Notes under the pieces: generated by a model | Told to the model about the DNA's origin: nothing | What the model saw: the letters and a program-made list of their open reading frames with translations, nothing else | The model's database searches: none | In this document: piece after piece, positions 34,287-43,434 of the stretch | Layout of the letters: every line of letters starts with the position of its first letter | Position numbering within the stretch: the first letter of the stretch is position 1 | Position numbers and translations under genes: made by a program | Assembly (NCBI GenBank): GCA_036141575.1 | Contig: JAYZXF010000017.1 | Coordinates: forward strand, 78,077 to 142,076 | Source of the DNA: Pseudomonadota bacterium | GTDB taxonomy: Bacteria > Pseudomonadota > Alphaproteobacteria > UBA2136 > JAPKEQ01 | Length of the DNA: 64,000 bases | Reading direction: 5' to 3'

Positions 34287-34601
34287 ATGTCTCTCAAGCT
34301 GGTTTACACAACATGTAGCGCACAAGATAACCCTCATGCATGGGCAGAGGACCTCATTGGCCAAGGCCTTGCGGCTTGCGTAAATATTTTGCCAACGGTC
34401 GATAGTGTTTACATGTGGCAAGGCCAAGTGGCTGATGCCCAAGAACGCCCATTGATTATTAAAACACGTGCTGATAAGATCGCGGCGCTGGAAAATGAGA
34501 TCAAACGACTCAGCCGTAATGAAAACCCAGCCTTCATGATTTTAGATATGACAGCAGGAGAGGAATTTGGCACATGGATGCATCAGGTATTGGGTTCATA
34601 G
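34287..34601 (+). CDS. cutA: divalent-cation tolerance protein CutA
   Basis: 'LVYTTCS...LIGQGLAACVNILPTVDSVYMWQGQV...PLIIKT' follows the CutA1 pattern. ATG at 34287. Confidence 0.85.
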   Translation: MSLKLVYTTCSAQDNPHAWAEDLIGQGLAACVNILPTVDSVYMWQGQVADAQERPLIIKTRADKIAALENEIKRLSRNENPAFMILDMTAGEEFGTWMHQVLGS

Positions 34602-35059
34602 ACCAGCTTGTACTGCAAGGCTTTTTTAGAGGGACAATCGTAGCAGCGACTCTCATTATACTTTGCACATTTGTGCATTTCTATACGTTTGCATCACTTA
34701 ATAAAGTGTTGAAAAAGATTGAGAAGAAGCATCACCTTAAGCAAACACTTGTTTTGCTCTTCGCACTCTTTTTCGCGCATAGCATTCAGGTTTGGTTATT
34801 CGCTGGCGGTTATATGATACTGATCAACGGTTTTGAAATTGGCCATTTTGTGACAGAGAGTGGTGATATGTATCACGCAGGCTTTGTTGATGCGTTGTAT
34901 TACTCTATCGTGACTTATACCTCTCTTGGCTTTGGGGATATTATTCCAACACAGGCAGTGCGCCTTCTTACAGGAATTGAGGCCTTGCTTGGTCTCTTGA
35001 TGATTGCTTGGTCAGCATCGTTTACATACATCTCTATGGAAAAACGCTGGCGCAACTAA
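34574..35059 (+). CDS. two-TM potassium channel (Ion_trans_2-like)
   Basis: Selectivity filter 'TYTSLGFGD' between two TM helices. Overlaps the cutA 3' end by 28 nt. Confidence 0.8.
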   Translation: MDASGIGFIDQLVLQGFFRGTIVAATLIILCTFVHFYTFASLNKVLKKIEKKHHLKQTLVLLFALFFAHSIQVWLFAGGYMILINGFEIGHFVTESGDMYHAGFVDALYYSIVTYTSLGFGDIIPTQAVRLLTGIEALLGLLMIAWSASFTYISMEKRWRN

Positions 35060-35085
35060 GCGTAGAAGCTAAAAAAGAAGAGCAA

Positions 35086-35676
35086 TTATTGCTCTTCTTT
35101 TTCAGCCTTATCAAGATCAGGATTATAATTTGTAATACTAAACAGCTTTTTAGCAAGCTCAGGAGAGCAGGGCACAACATCACCAGATGCGATAAACTTC
35201 TTCAGTTTATCCTTGGCAATTTCAAGTGTTGGTGAGTTAGAAATCAGTTTTGTGAAGACCATGTTCTGCAGCTCGTTGAAGCGCTTTGTCATCACGTGAC
35301 CCGCATACTCAAGCAGTTTAATAGCGATCATTGGGTGTTCGCTACGAATCTTCAGGAAGTCATCATACTCAAGCATAAAGTACTTGGCTTGACGGCTGAC
35401 CAGAATGGTTGCGTTACGCTCTTGTTGAAGTAGAAGGTTACCTTCTCCAAGCAGAAGAGGGGCTTCAAGGCTGGCAACTTTAAGGGCCGCAAGGCGGTTA
35501 GAATATTGAACTTTACGGTAAATTTCATAGTTACCACTAATCAGAAAATAGAGGTCACGATCTGTCTGACCATATTCGATCAGAATAGACCCCACTGGGG
35601 CGGTCTTCGCTTTAAAGTACGGCTTTAGAATTTGTCCTTCTTCTGGAGTAAGGCCTGGTATGAGCTTTTCAAGCAT
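35086..35676 (-). CDS. cyclic-nucleotide-binding domain protein
   Basis: cNMP-binding beta-roll pattern 'ILIEYGQTDRDLYFLISGNYEIY...LLGEGNLL...RNATILV'. No obvious HTH. Confidence 0.7.
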   Translation of the reverse strand: MLEKLIPGLTPEEGQILKPYFKAKTAPVGSILIEYGQTDRDLYFLISGNYEIYRKVQYSNRLAALKVASLEAPLLLGEGNLLLQQERNATILVSRQAKYFMLEYDDFLKIRSEHPMIAIKLLEYAGHVMTKRFNELQNMVFTKLISNSPTLEIAKDKLKKFIASGDVVPCSPELAKKLFSITNYNPDLDKAEKEEQ

Positions 35677-35886
35677 CTTGTTTTTCTATCCCGTATTCAA
35701 TTAACCTGCCCATGATATTATGTTTCTTTCTCCAAATATCCAAGTAAAAATTTTTAACCCTAAAGAGTGGTTGTGCCCTATATGCAACGGATTTTTGCGG
35801 TTTTCGTTGTCTAAGTGCTTGCCAAATATCAGACTTCGCTGCATATTGTTCTGACAAATAATACGAAATGAGTACTCTATTTTATT

Positions 35887-36465
35887 ATGACTGAAGATGT
35901 AATGACAATCCGCACCGAGCGGACACCTAACCCTAACAGCCTGAAATACAAGCTAGGTAAACTCATTTTGCCGGGCGGTAGCGCGAACTTTCCAACACCT
36001 GGAACAGCAGAACGCTCACCTCTTGCAAAGCGTTTGTTTACAGTGTCTGGCGTAACAGGTGTGTTTATTGGGAGTGATTTCTTCACCATTACAAAAGATG
36101 AAGAGTTTCTATGGCCGGCCATTAATGAAGGGATTGCTCCAGTCCTTGAAGAGTTCTTTGAGAGTGGGGACCCTGTACTGCAAGGTTCAGCGGAAGCACC
36201 AAAGCTAGAAGATATTGGCGATGGCGACGCGGACCCTGTTGTGATTTCTAAAATTAAAGAGCTGATTGATACGCAAGTGCGTCCTGCTGTGGCACAAGAC
36301 GGTGGTGACATTGTTTACCGTGGTTATGATGAAGGTATTGTTTACCTAGAAATGCATGGCGCATGTAGTGGTTGCCCAAGCTCTAGCGTAACGCTTAAGC
36401 AGGGGATTGAAACCATGCTTCAGCATCACTTGCCTGACGATGTGAAGGAAGTACGAGCAATTTAA
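35887..36465 (+). CDS. NFU1/NifU-type Fe-S cluster scaffold protein
   Basis: Nfu_N-like 'IRTERTPNPNSLKY' and NifU C-terminal domain 'VRPAVAQDGGDIVY...MHGACSGCPSSSVTLKQGIE'. Confidence 0.88.
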   Translation: MTEDVMTIRTERTPNPNSLKYKLGKLILPGGSANFPTPGTAERSPLAKRLFTVSGVTGVFIGSDFFTITKDEEFLWPAINEGIAPVLEEFFESGDPVLQGSAEAPKLEDIGDGDADPVVISKIKELIDTQVRPAVAQDGGDIVYRGYDEGIVYLEMHGACSGCPSSSVTLKQGIETMLQHHLPDDVKEVRAI

Positions 36466-36470
36466 AAAAG

Positions 36471-36484
36471 CGCCCTTGCGGGCG
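36471..36484. terminator. terminator after the NFU-type gene
   Basis: CGCCC-ttgc-GGGCG followed by T9. Confidence 0.7.
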
Positions 36485-36529
36485 TTTTTTTTTGAAAAGT
36501 TAATTTTTAAACTAAGCAAATAAAACAAG

Positions 36530-38041
36530 CTATCTTTCTATAGCTTGTTCTTGGTCTTCTAACCAATCTGAAACCCGTACAGAACCATCAGGATAAGCTT
36601 CCGCCATTGGAGTATGATAAAAGTAAACAGTCTCTTCTGGCGGTGCACCTTCTAAGCTTTCAAGCTGGCTTGTATCAAAGTCAAGGCATCCAGTAATATC
36701 TTGGGCAACACCTTTCAAATCACGAATATTGGTTTTGCCAGCATAGTAAGCGCCCTTGACTACCTGTGGTCCTCCTTCTAGAGACTCAAGTGGGGTACAA
36801 GAGCAATCAAAAGAGCCCTCAACAATTTCTGGGCAGCCTTTTAAGGTTGTAAGCTGTGTTTCTGACAGGTTCAAACCTTTATTGCGGACATCGCGCATAT
36901 CTGGTAGCTGCATAATCTGCTGGCCTTTGAGGTCAATCACATCTGGCACATGAATTGTACCGTCTTCATGCTCCGTGTAAGGCATCTGGAAGAAATCTAA
37001 AAACTCTTCAGCTGTACAAGCACCATGGCGAATATAAGAAGGGATGAGCTTTGCTTTTTCACCTGTGACTGGTGTGAGCGTTCCTTCATCATTTAGCTTA
37101 AACTCGCTGATTCCATCTGTTTGTATGTTATTGATCTTTTTAAAGCTGCCTGTTAGGCCTGCATTATGTTCTGCACAAAAAGCATCCATGGCTTTACAGA
37201 AGTACATATCACTAATGCCGTAATCCTTATCAGCCAGTAGAGCAACTTGGCCTTCATGGTTCATAAAAGGTTTCAGCAGGATGCGAGACCTGGGGTTATG
37301 AAGGTCAGGGTCGCTCTTTGTGGTTAGGTAAGCGATCATGCTGCCTTCTTCTGCGAGGGGAATCAGTTTATCTGCGTAACCATCTTCTGAGCGTTCATCA
37401 ATGCAGCTTGTCCAACGGCGTGCTGTGCTGGCGCGGGCGATGTCACCCGGGTTACGGCTTAAAACCACCATACCATCTTTTTGTAGACCGCCTGTCGCTT
37501 TAGACCAGTCTTTTAGGAGGTCATCTTCACCAAGGCGTCTGAGAAGTTTGCCAACTTTGGTATTGTTCTTACCGCCGTCATCTGTGGCAGTGCGCTCTTC
37601 CATGTTTGTTTCGTAGCCGTGCTCAGCAAGGGCGTCTGTTACTTTACGAGATGTGCGTGTCATGAAAGGTGAATCTTCCACCTCAAACTCAAAGTAAAGG
37701 CGGTCATTGCCTTCACCAAAGATTTTCTCAAGGTGAGGGGCGCGTGACATGGGCATATTGCGCACATGATTCAGCGTTTTAGATTCAATATTTTCTGGAA
37801 GGTCTGTTATTTCTTGCTGAATAGCCTCAGTGTCAAGTTCTGCCATAGATGTGAGGGCTTGAACCGAAGGAAGCTTGCCTCTGCTTTCTAAAAAAGCATC
37901 CGCATACGCGAGGCTGTAATCCATGAGGGCGTCTTTTTTCTCAGGAAAGTGAGCGCATGCCTCATCTACGCGGCGTTCAATTTCATCCGCGACCTCAAAA
38001 CCAAGAGCCGTAACCTCTCTGTTTTCTAAGGGTTTTTGCAT
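36530..38041 (-). CDS. hypothetical protein with C-terminal LRR-like ~22-aa repeats (503 aa)
   Basis: C-terminal 'LTTLKGCPEIVEGSFDCSCTPLESLEGGPQVVKGAYYAG...LESLEGAP'. The central domain is unknown. Confidence 0.6.
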   Translation of the reverse strand: MQKPLENREVTALGFEVADEIERRVDEACAHFPEKKDALMDYSLAYADAFLESRGKLPSVQALTSMAELDTEAIQQEITDLPENIESKTLNHVRNMPMSRAPHLEKIFGEGNDRLYFEFEVEDSPFMTRTSRKVTDALAEHGYETNMEERTATDDGGKNNTKVGKLLRRLGEDDLLKDWSKATGGLQKDGMVVLSRNPGDIARASTARRWTSCIDERSEDGYADKLIPLAEEGSMIAYLTTKSDPDLHNPRSRILLKPFMNHEGQVALLADKDYGISDMYFCKAMDAFCAEHNAGLTGSFKKINNIQTDGISEFKLNDEGTLTPVTGEKAKLIPSYIRHGACTAEEFLDFFQMPYTEHEDGTIHVPDVIDLKGQQIMQLPDMRDVRNKGLNLSETQLTTLKGCPEIVEGSFDCSCTPLESLEGGPQVVKGAYYAGKTNIRDLKGVAQDITGCLDFDTSQLESLEGAPPEETVYFYHTPMAEAYPDGSVRVSDWLEDQEQAIER

Positions 38042-38188
38042 GGCCCGTTTGTCCTTTTCCTCGGTTCCATAAGTAAATAAGAAGGAAAACTGCCTATTTC
38101 AAGGGCAAAGCAATAAAAACTGCACTTGAAAAAATGGCGGATAACTCCCATAATATAAGTTAATAAATAACTCAAGAGGGATGAGAAA

Positions 38189-38656
38189 TTGGCTCATATG
38201 GATAAGGGCGCTATCGACAGACGCGGACTAGATGAAAGTACAGTGAACAAGCTCACTGAGGCTTACCGTATGGGTTGGCTCCATAATGTCCTGTCTCGTA
38301 TTACTCCTCTTACAATGCGTCGTCGTGATGATTACCTTAACATGGCAGACCTGTTTATTGATACACCTGAAGCAGCTCACAAGCTGTTAGATCGCTTTGA
38401 TGCAGACCTAGAAATGTTCTGCTCAGTGGCAGAAATTCAAGTAACAGAGCACATGACAAGCAAAACGGTTTCAGATGAGCTGAAAGCGCACGTTGAACTC
38501 TACAACGACATTGCTGGTGTTCTTTACGGTAAGTTTAAAGGTGACGTTGAAAAGCGTGATCCTATTCAAAGTCTCGCAATGACGCCGATTACAACGGATA
38601 GCACAAACCCGTTTATTGCAGAATTCATGAAAGAGAAATTCCCGAAAAAAAATTAA
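38189..38656 (+). CDS. hypothetical protein (155 aa)
   Basis: TTG at 38189 has GAGGG 9 nt upstream. The alternative ATG is at 38198. Confidence 0.5.
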   Translation: MAHMDKGAIDRRGLDESTVNKLTEAYRMGWLHNVLSRITPLTMRRRDDYLNMADLFIDTPEAAHKLLDRFDADLEMFCSVAEIQVTEHMTSKTVSDELKAHVELYNDIAGVLYGKFKGDVEKRDPIQSLAMTPITTDSTNPFIAEFMKEKFPKKN

Positions 38657-38724
38657 ACGGCGCCTTTAAGCGAAGTTTTATGGTATCTGTCTCGTGTTGT
38701 GATAATAAACTCTGCGCTCAGATT

Positions 38725-38890
38725 TTTCTTTGCTTGCTTTCCATCTTTTATTTTTCAAACATAAAGTCCAATGCAAGCTCTTGGAAAGCGTGAAGCATTC
38801 AACAGCATGGGCATTTTCAAGATAACCTTCACGGGGGCTATCATTTTACAAATTTTACATTTGAAAAATGATAGGGTGAGAGTGAAGAAG
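38725..38890. repeat. structured intergenic repeat family, copy D
   Basis: The left part resembles the left of copy C ('gcttgctttccatcttttatttttcaaacataaa'). Hairpin 38827-38887 is the reverse complement of the B hairpin, with different complementary outer stems. Confidence 0.7.
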
Positions 38891-38895
38891 AATAA

Positions 38896-40164
38896 CTATC
38901 TAAAATATCTACCCGCATGCAGTGTGAGGCCAACACCGACACTCCCAAACGCATCACCTGTTACCACATGTGCATGTGGAAAAGGCTCAAGCAGGGCTGC
39001 ACGAATCATTGGGAGTTTTGTTGAGCCACCAGTGAGGAATACGCTTGAAATTTGTTCGGCTGTCACGCCTGCATCATCAAGAGTTTCCTGTACTGTACGC
39101 TGCAATGAGTCACACGAATCAGACAAGCTCGGGCGAAGGTGATTGTTGTTTGTTACAGGAACACTTAGGCCTTTTTCAACAAAGTTCATATCAAGAATAT
39201 TCTCATCAGATGCAGACAGGGCAATCTTGGTTTCTTCAACCTTCATGGCCAGCGTGTGGCCGCTTTCATCCTCAAGAACGTTCAAATAGCGTTCAAGCTT
39301 GTCAGGGTCTAATGCATGGTTGAGTGTGTCTTCAACAAGGCGTACTGTCTTTTGGTTATACAGCGTGTGAATTTTTGGCCATGTCGCCAGCGTAAAGAAC
39401 AGCCATGGCGCAATTTCAATATCTTTATCAGAAAACGGTGCACGCATAAGGCCTTTATGACCAAGCTCAGGCATTGCACACATCAGGCTGAGAGCTTTAT
39501 CAAAGTCTGTACCACCAATATGTACACCGTGGTTAGAAAGAATGTCTTCTGAGCGGTTCTCTTTGTGTTTATGCTCTGGTGACAGGCGAATCACTGTAAA
39601 GTCAGACGTACCACCGCCAAGGTCAATAATCAGAGCGAGTTCTTCTTTCTTGAGCGTATCTTCGTAAGTATAAGCAGCGGCCAGAGGCTCAGGCAGGAAG
39701 GTTACATCTTTAAAGCCTGTGCTTTTTACAATCTCTTCCAGCATGTTTTGCGCCTCAGCGTCAGCCTTAGCGTCCCCATCAATAAAGAAGACCGGTCGAC
39801 CAATAGTTGCACGCGTGAGCTCTTCACCTGCGGTGGTGTCTACATGCTTTTTAATGTCGGCAATAAAGCTCCCAAGAATATCTGTAAAGGCAACTTGGCG
39901 GTTTCCAATACGTGTGCTTTCACGGGCAAGGTCTGTCCCTAGAATACTTTTAAGAGCGCGCATAAAGCGTCCATCATCCCCGCGTGTGTAGGCTTTTACA
40001 GCTGATCGACCAAAGCTTCTTGTGCTGTCATCATCAATAAAAATGGCACTCGGAATAGTGTTTTCATCGCCTTCCAAGTTACAAAGTGTTGCTGTGCCGC
40101 CTGTGAATAGGCCTGCTGTTGAATTGGATGTGCCGAAATCAATACCGCAAACTGGGGACGTCAT
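38896..40164 (-). CDS. Hsp70-family actin-like ATPase (YegD-like)
   Basis: Phosphate-1 'GIDFGTSNS', phosphate-2 'IIDLGGGTSDFTVI', and adenosine motif 'VFLTGGSTKLPMI'. No substrate-binding domain. Confidence 0.85.
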   Translation of the reverse strand: MTSPVCGIDFGTSNSTAGLFTGGTATLCNLEGDENTIPSAIFIDDDSTRSFGRSAVKAYTRGDDGRFMRALKSILGTDLARESTRIGNRQVAFTDILGSFIADIKKHVDTTAGEELTRATIGRPVFFIDGDAKADAEAQNMLEEIVKSTGFKDVTFLPEPLAAAYTYEDTLKKEELALIIDLGGGTSDFTVIRLSPEHKHKENRSEDILSNHGVHIGGTDFDKALSLMCAMPELGHKGLMRAPFSDKDIEIAPWLFFTLATWPKIHTLYNQKTVRLVEDTLNHALDPDKLERYLNVLEDESGHTLAMKVEETKIALSASDENILDMNFVEKGLSVPVTNNNHLRPSLSDSCDSLQRTVQETLDDAGVTAEQISSVFLTGGSTKLPMIRAALLEPFPHAHVVTGDAFGSVGVGLTLHAGRYFR

Positions 40165-40188
40165 TTGATAAGCCTTTCTTTGGAAAGC

Positions 40189-40527
40189 ATGGAAACTATC
40201 AAAGTTTCAGGCGTTTGTCATGAGAAAGTTCTTAAAAACGGTGAAGACTTCTTCTTTGAAGTGCCCAAGCACCCTGCCAACAAAATGTTTGCAGATCGCT
40301 TGCAGCACCTTGGCTTTGAGCGTTCCCCTCTGATTGCTCATGACGATTGTGATCGGTTCTATATGCCTGAAGGCACAGACTTGGCGCAAGTCACGCTGGA
40401 ATATCAGGAATACTTCAAAGCTGGCGAAGCGCCGACACCAGCCATTGTTCCACTGGGGCACTTGTCGCCCACGGTACAGGATAAGTCTCGTGGTATGGAT
40501 GTCGAAGACTGGCCGCCTGAGAATTGA
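40189..40527 (+). CDS. hypothetical protein (112 aa)
   Basis: First ATG of ORF 40165-40527. Terminator 40545-40571. Confidence 0.45.
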   Translation: METIKVSGVCHEKVLKNGEDFFFEVPKHPANKMFADRLQHLGFERSPLIAHDDCDRFYMPEGTDLAQVTLEYQEYFKAGEAPTPAIVPLGHLSPTVQDKSRGMDVEDWPPEN

Positions 40528-40544
40528 TTTGAAAACGAAAATAA

Positions 40545-40571
40545 AGGCACCCCGTCAGAAACGGGGTGTCT
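40545..40571 (+). terminator. rho-independent terminator
   Basis: AGGCACCCCGT-cagaa-ACGGGGTGTCT followed by TTATTTTT. Confidence 0.75.
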
Positions 40572-40624
40572 TTATTTTTGTGGGGGACTCATAAACCTTT
40601 AAGGTTGTAAGGGAGGTTCCTGTA

Positions 40625-41143
40625 ATGGGAGAAACTTTAGGCTATATATCACTTATCCTTTATGTAGTCGCATTATTATTTCATAAGCCACGCCATAGCT
40701 TTATTTGCTTTATTATCGCGAATCTCTTCTTTATTGCACAATGTATTGTTTCAGAAATGTATGTTGCAGTTATGGGACCTATTGGGCTAACAGCTCTTAC
40801 TGTCTTTATTTTAAATGTTAAGAAGAAAAATTGGACTGCTTATGTAAAAGGTTATGCAACTTTTACTGTATGTGTTGGGGTGTATTTTGCGTCTAGTGTA
40901 AGTGAGTATATTGTTGTAAGTGCTATGTGTATAGATGCTCTATCTCGCCTAGGTAGAGACCATTTTTACCTATTTAGAACCTTGTCTTCTTTAGGAAATA
41001 TACTATGGTTTACATCTTTTTACATAGAGGGAGTAACTTCTATTATGTTGATGAGCGCTTTGATGGTTTCTTTAAATGTGATTTATATGGTCAGACATGC
41101 GTTGAGAGATGAGGTGCTCTTTAAGCAAAAGGTAAATGAATAA
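40625..41143 (+). CDS. polytopic membrane protein in an AT-rich segment
   Basis: Five hydrophobic helices. 60-nt lines hand-counted at 27-37% GC. Confidence 0.55.
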   Translation: MGETLGYISLILYVVALLFHKPRHSFICFIIANLFFIAQCIVSEMYVAVMGPIGLTALTVFILNVKKKNWTAYVKGYATFTVCVGVYFASSVSEYIVVSAMCIDALSRLGRDHFYLFRTLSSLGNILWFTSFYIEGVTSIMLMSALMVSLNVIYMVRHALRDEVLFKQKVNE

Positions 41144-41268
41144 AAGCATGAGATGTTTTTGCACCTCTATTCAATTTGAAAACATTTATTTTAGAGTGAG
41201 ATACCTGTAAGTTTTATATTTATAGTATACTACATAAATAGATGTAAACGTTTATGAGGTAATTTTTT

Positions 41269-42108
41269 ATGAGGTTATTTGCAATTGTATGTATGTGTTG
41301 CGCACTGTTTGTCAGTGTGGCAGCCGTTTCTCAAACACGTGCAGGTGAAGGACTTTCACGCCAACTTCAATCTGTAAAATCAATGCTTGAGAGTTTCCGT
41401 AGCCATATAGATGGTGAAATCGCTCGTGTGGATAGTGAAATTAATACAGTGGATAGCAGAGTAGATGCTGCAAATACTAGAATGGATACCATGGACGGTC
41501 GTATGGATGGTATAGACACTCAGATTGGTGGCCTAAACTCGAGTATTAATTCACACGATAACCGTATTACAGCCCTAGAAAATGGGGAAACAGGTGTGCA
41601 AGTTTACAGAAACTGTGCACAACGTAATGTGACATGGGGCAGTGGAAATTGCCGAGGTACGCAGGGGCCCATTCCTCATGGCACAAGTATAACGGTTAGA
41701 GACACCGTTCAAGGTGATATTTGTACAAATAGATATCAATATGTTGGCTATGCTGTGTATAGTTGTAATGATGGTGTGGTAACGCGTAACGGGCAAGCTT
41801 GTCAGCGAACAGATTTCTACAATGAAAATCTATGTGAATCTGGCAGTGGTGGCGATAGCTATGCAAACTGTCAAGGTACAACAAGGACATGGTCAGAAAC
41901 GTATAATGGTCTAACTTCAACCTGTTCTGGATCAATTGGTTCTGTGCCACATGGTACAACCGCTACAGCAACAGACCCTAGAACTGGTTGTGACCGTCGA
42001 GACTTCACAGGTGGATCATCGACTTGGCTATGTGATAATGGTACTCTCAGAAGACAAGGTACTGCAACATGTAGAACCTGGGGCAGCTGGGGTAGCGACT
42101 GTCGATAA
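41269..42108 (+). CDS. secreted coiled-coil family member with 2 x 4-Cys modules (F3)
   Basis: Signal peptide, 'GEGLSRQLQSVKSMLESF', an Lpp-like repeat 'VDSEINTVDSRVDAANTRMDTMDGRMD', and Cys modules at 41614-41802 and 41869-42072. Ends in 'DCR'. Confidence 0.75.
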   Translation: MRLFAIVCMCCALFVSVAAVSQTRAGEGLSRQLQSVKSMLESFRSHIDGEIARVDSEINTVDSRVDAANTRMDTMDGRMDGIDTQIGGLNSSINSHDNRITALENGETGVQVYRNCAQRNVTWGSGNCRGTQGPIPHGTSITVRDTVQGDICTNRYQYVGYAVYSCNDGVVTRNGQACQRTDFYNENLCESGSGGDSYANCQGTTRTWSETYNGLTSTCSGSIGSVPHGTTATATDPRTGCDRRDFTGGSSTWLCDNGTLRRQGTATCRTWGSWGSDCR

Positions 42109-42288
42109 TTGAATAAATGAAAGCAGAAAAGGAGGGCACATGCCCTCCTTTTTGCAACAGGGGATATATTTATTTTTCTTGAAGTATCAATGTATTGCAA
42201 TTTTTACTCACCTATTTGTCAGGGATATGTTTATTTAAAGTTGTGGTTATATATATAAATAAAATGTGATTTATAAAAGGGGTTTAAA

Positions 42289-43374
42289 ATGAGAGCTTTT
42301 CCGATAGTAATGATTTTATCCTGTTTAGTTTTACTAACAGGCGTAGCTGGTGCGCAGAGCACGCGCTCTGGTGAAGGTATTGCAAGGCAGTTAATGTCTG
42401 TTAAAAGTATGATTGAAAATTTTGCTGATAACATCCGCACACGTGTGCAGACCGTTGAAAATGAAATGGATGCGGTAGAAACACGTATGGATACAGTGGA
42501 AGCTGATGTTGCAAGCGTACTTGCAACCGTTGCAACACATGAAACACGGTTGAGCTCGCATGATTCATCTCTATCTGGCCATGGTCGCCGTATTCGAGCA
42601 CTCGAAGAGCGCGAGCCAACAGGTGGTGGAGGTAGTACAGCACCAACACCAAGTGCGTGTAACGGTAGAAACATGTCATGGGGAGGGGGATGTAGTGCTT
42701 ATGTACAATCTCTACCTGATGGGGGTGCTGTCGTTCTGAGAGATCAAGTTGCTGGTGATGTATGTACAAATAGACAGCAGTATGTTGGTCAAGTTCGTGT
42801 GGCTTGTAACAATGGTCAAATTTCTACAAAGAACGCCTCTTGTGAGCTGAGAAACGTTTATAACGCAACTCAGTGTAGTGGTGGCACAACACCAACACCG
42901 AAGAAGAGATGTGCAGCAAAAGATGTGAGCTGGAAGAACAATGCTGGTACAGTCACATGTCGTGGTAGAATTGTTGCAGCTGATCATGATTCAACACGTC
43001 GTGTAACATTTGATAACAACAATACAAAACCTGGTGGAAAACGTATTACTGGTGCAGCAAACTTTATTTGTGACAACGGTGTGTTCAAACGTACATCTAA
43101 GAACTGTAAAGAAACTGTTAACCCTGAGCCTCCTAAGCCTTGTGCAGGCAAGTCTGTGAGTTGGACTAGTAATGGTGTTACATGTCGAGGAACTGTTTCG
43201 AATACGCCACATGGTTTAACTTCAAGTGTAACAGACCCTAACCGAACACGAGAGTGTGAGAACATTATAGATACAACAGGTAGCGCAAGCTTCAGGTGTA
43301 CAAATGGATCGTTCAAGAAGGTCTCTGGCTCTTGCAGGCAGGTACGGAGTCGTCGAACAGGTGACTGTCGATAA
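42289..43374 (+). CDS. secreted coiled-coil family member with 3 x 4-Cys modules (F4)
   Basis: Signal peptide, 'GEGIARQLMSVKSMIENF', a coiled coil, and three Cys modules between 42658 and 43335. Ends in 'DCR'. Confidence 0.75.
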   Translation: MRAFPIVMILSCLVLLTGVAGAQSTRSGEGIARQLMSVKSMIENFADNIRTRVQTVENEMDAVETRMDTVEADVASVLATVATHETRLSSHDSSLSGHGRRIRALEEREPTGGGGSTAPTPSACNGRNMSWGGGCSAYVQSLPDGGAVVLRDQVAGDVCTNRQQYVGQVRVACNNGQISTKNASCELRNVYNATQCSGGTTPTPKKRCAAKDVSWKNNAGTVTCRGRIVAADHDSTRRVTFDNNNTKPGGKRITGAANFICDNGVFKRTSKNCKETVNPEPPKPCAGKSVSWTSNGVTCRGTVSNTPHGLTSSVTDPNRTRECENIIDTTGSASFRCTNGSFKKVSGSCRQVRSRRTGDCR

Positions 43375-43434
43375 GGACTCTATAAAAGAAAGCGGCGCAA
43401 GAGCGCCGCTTTTTTGTAACTCGAACGGCTCGCT

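Noticed and set aside
38771-39142. 123-aa ORF on the plus strand
   Set aside because: It starts inside repeat copy D and then runs antisense through the 3' end of the well supported Hsp70-like gene 38896-40164.
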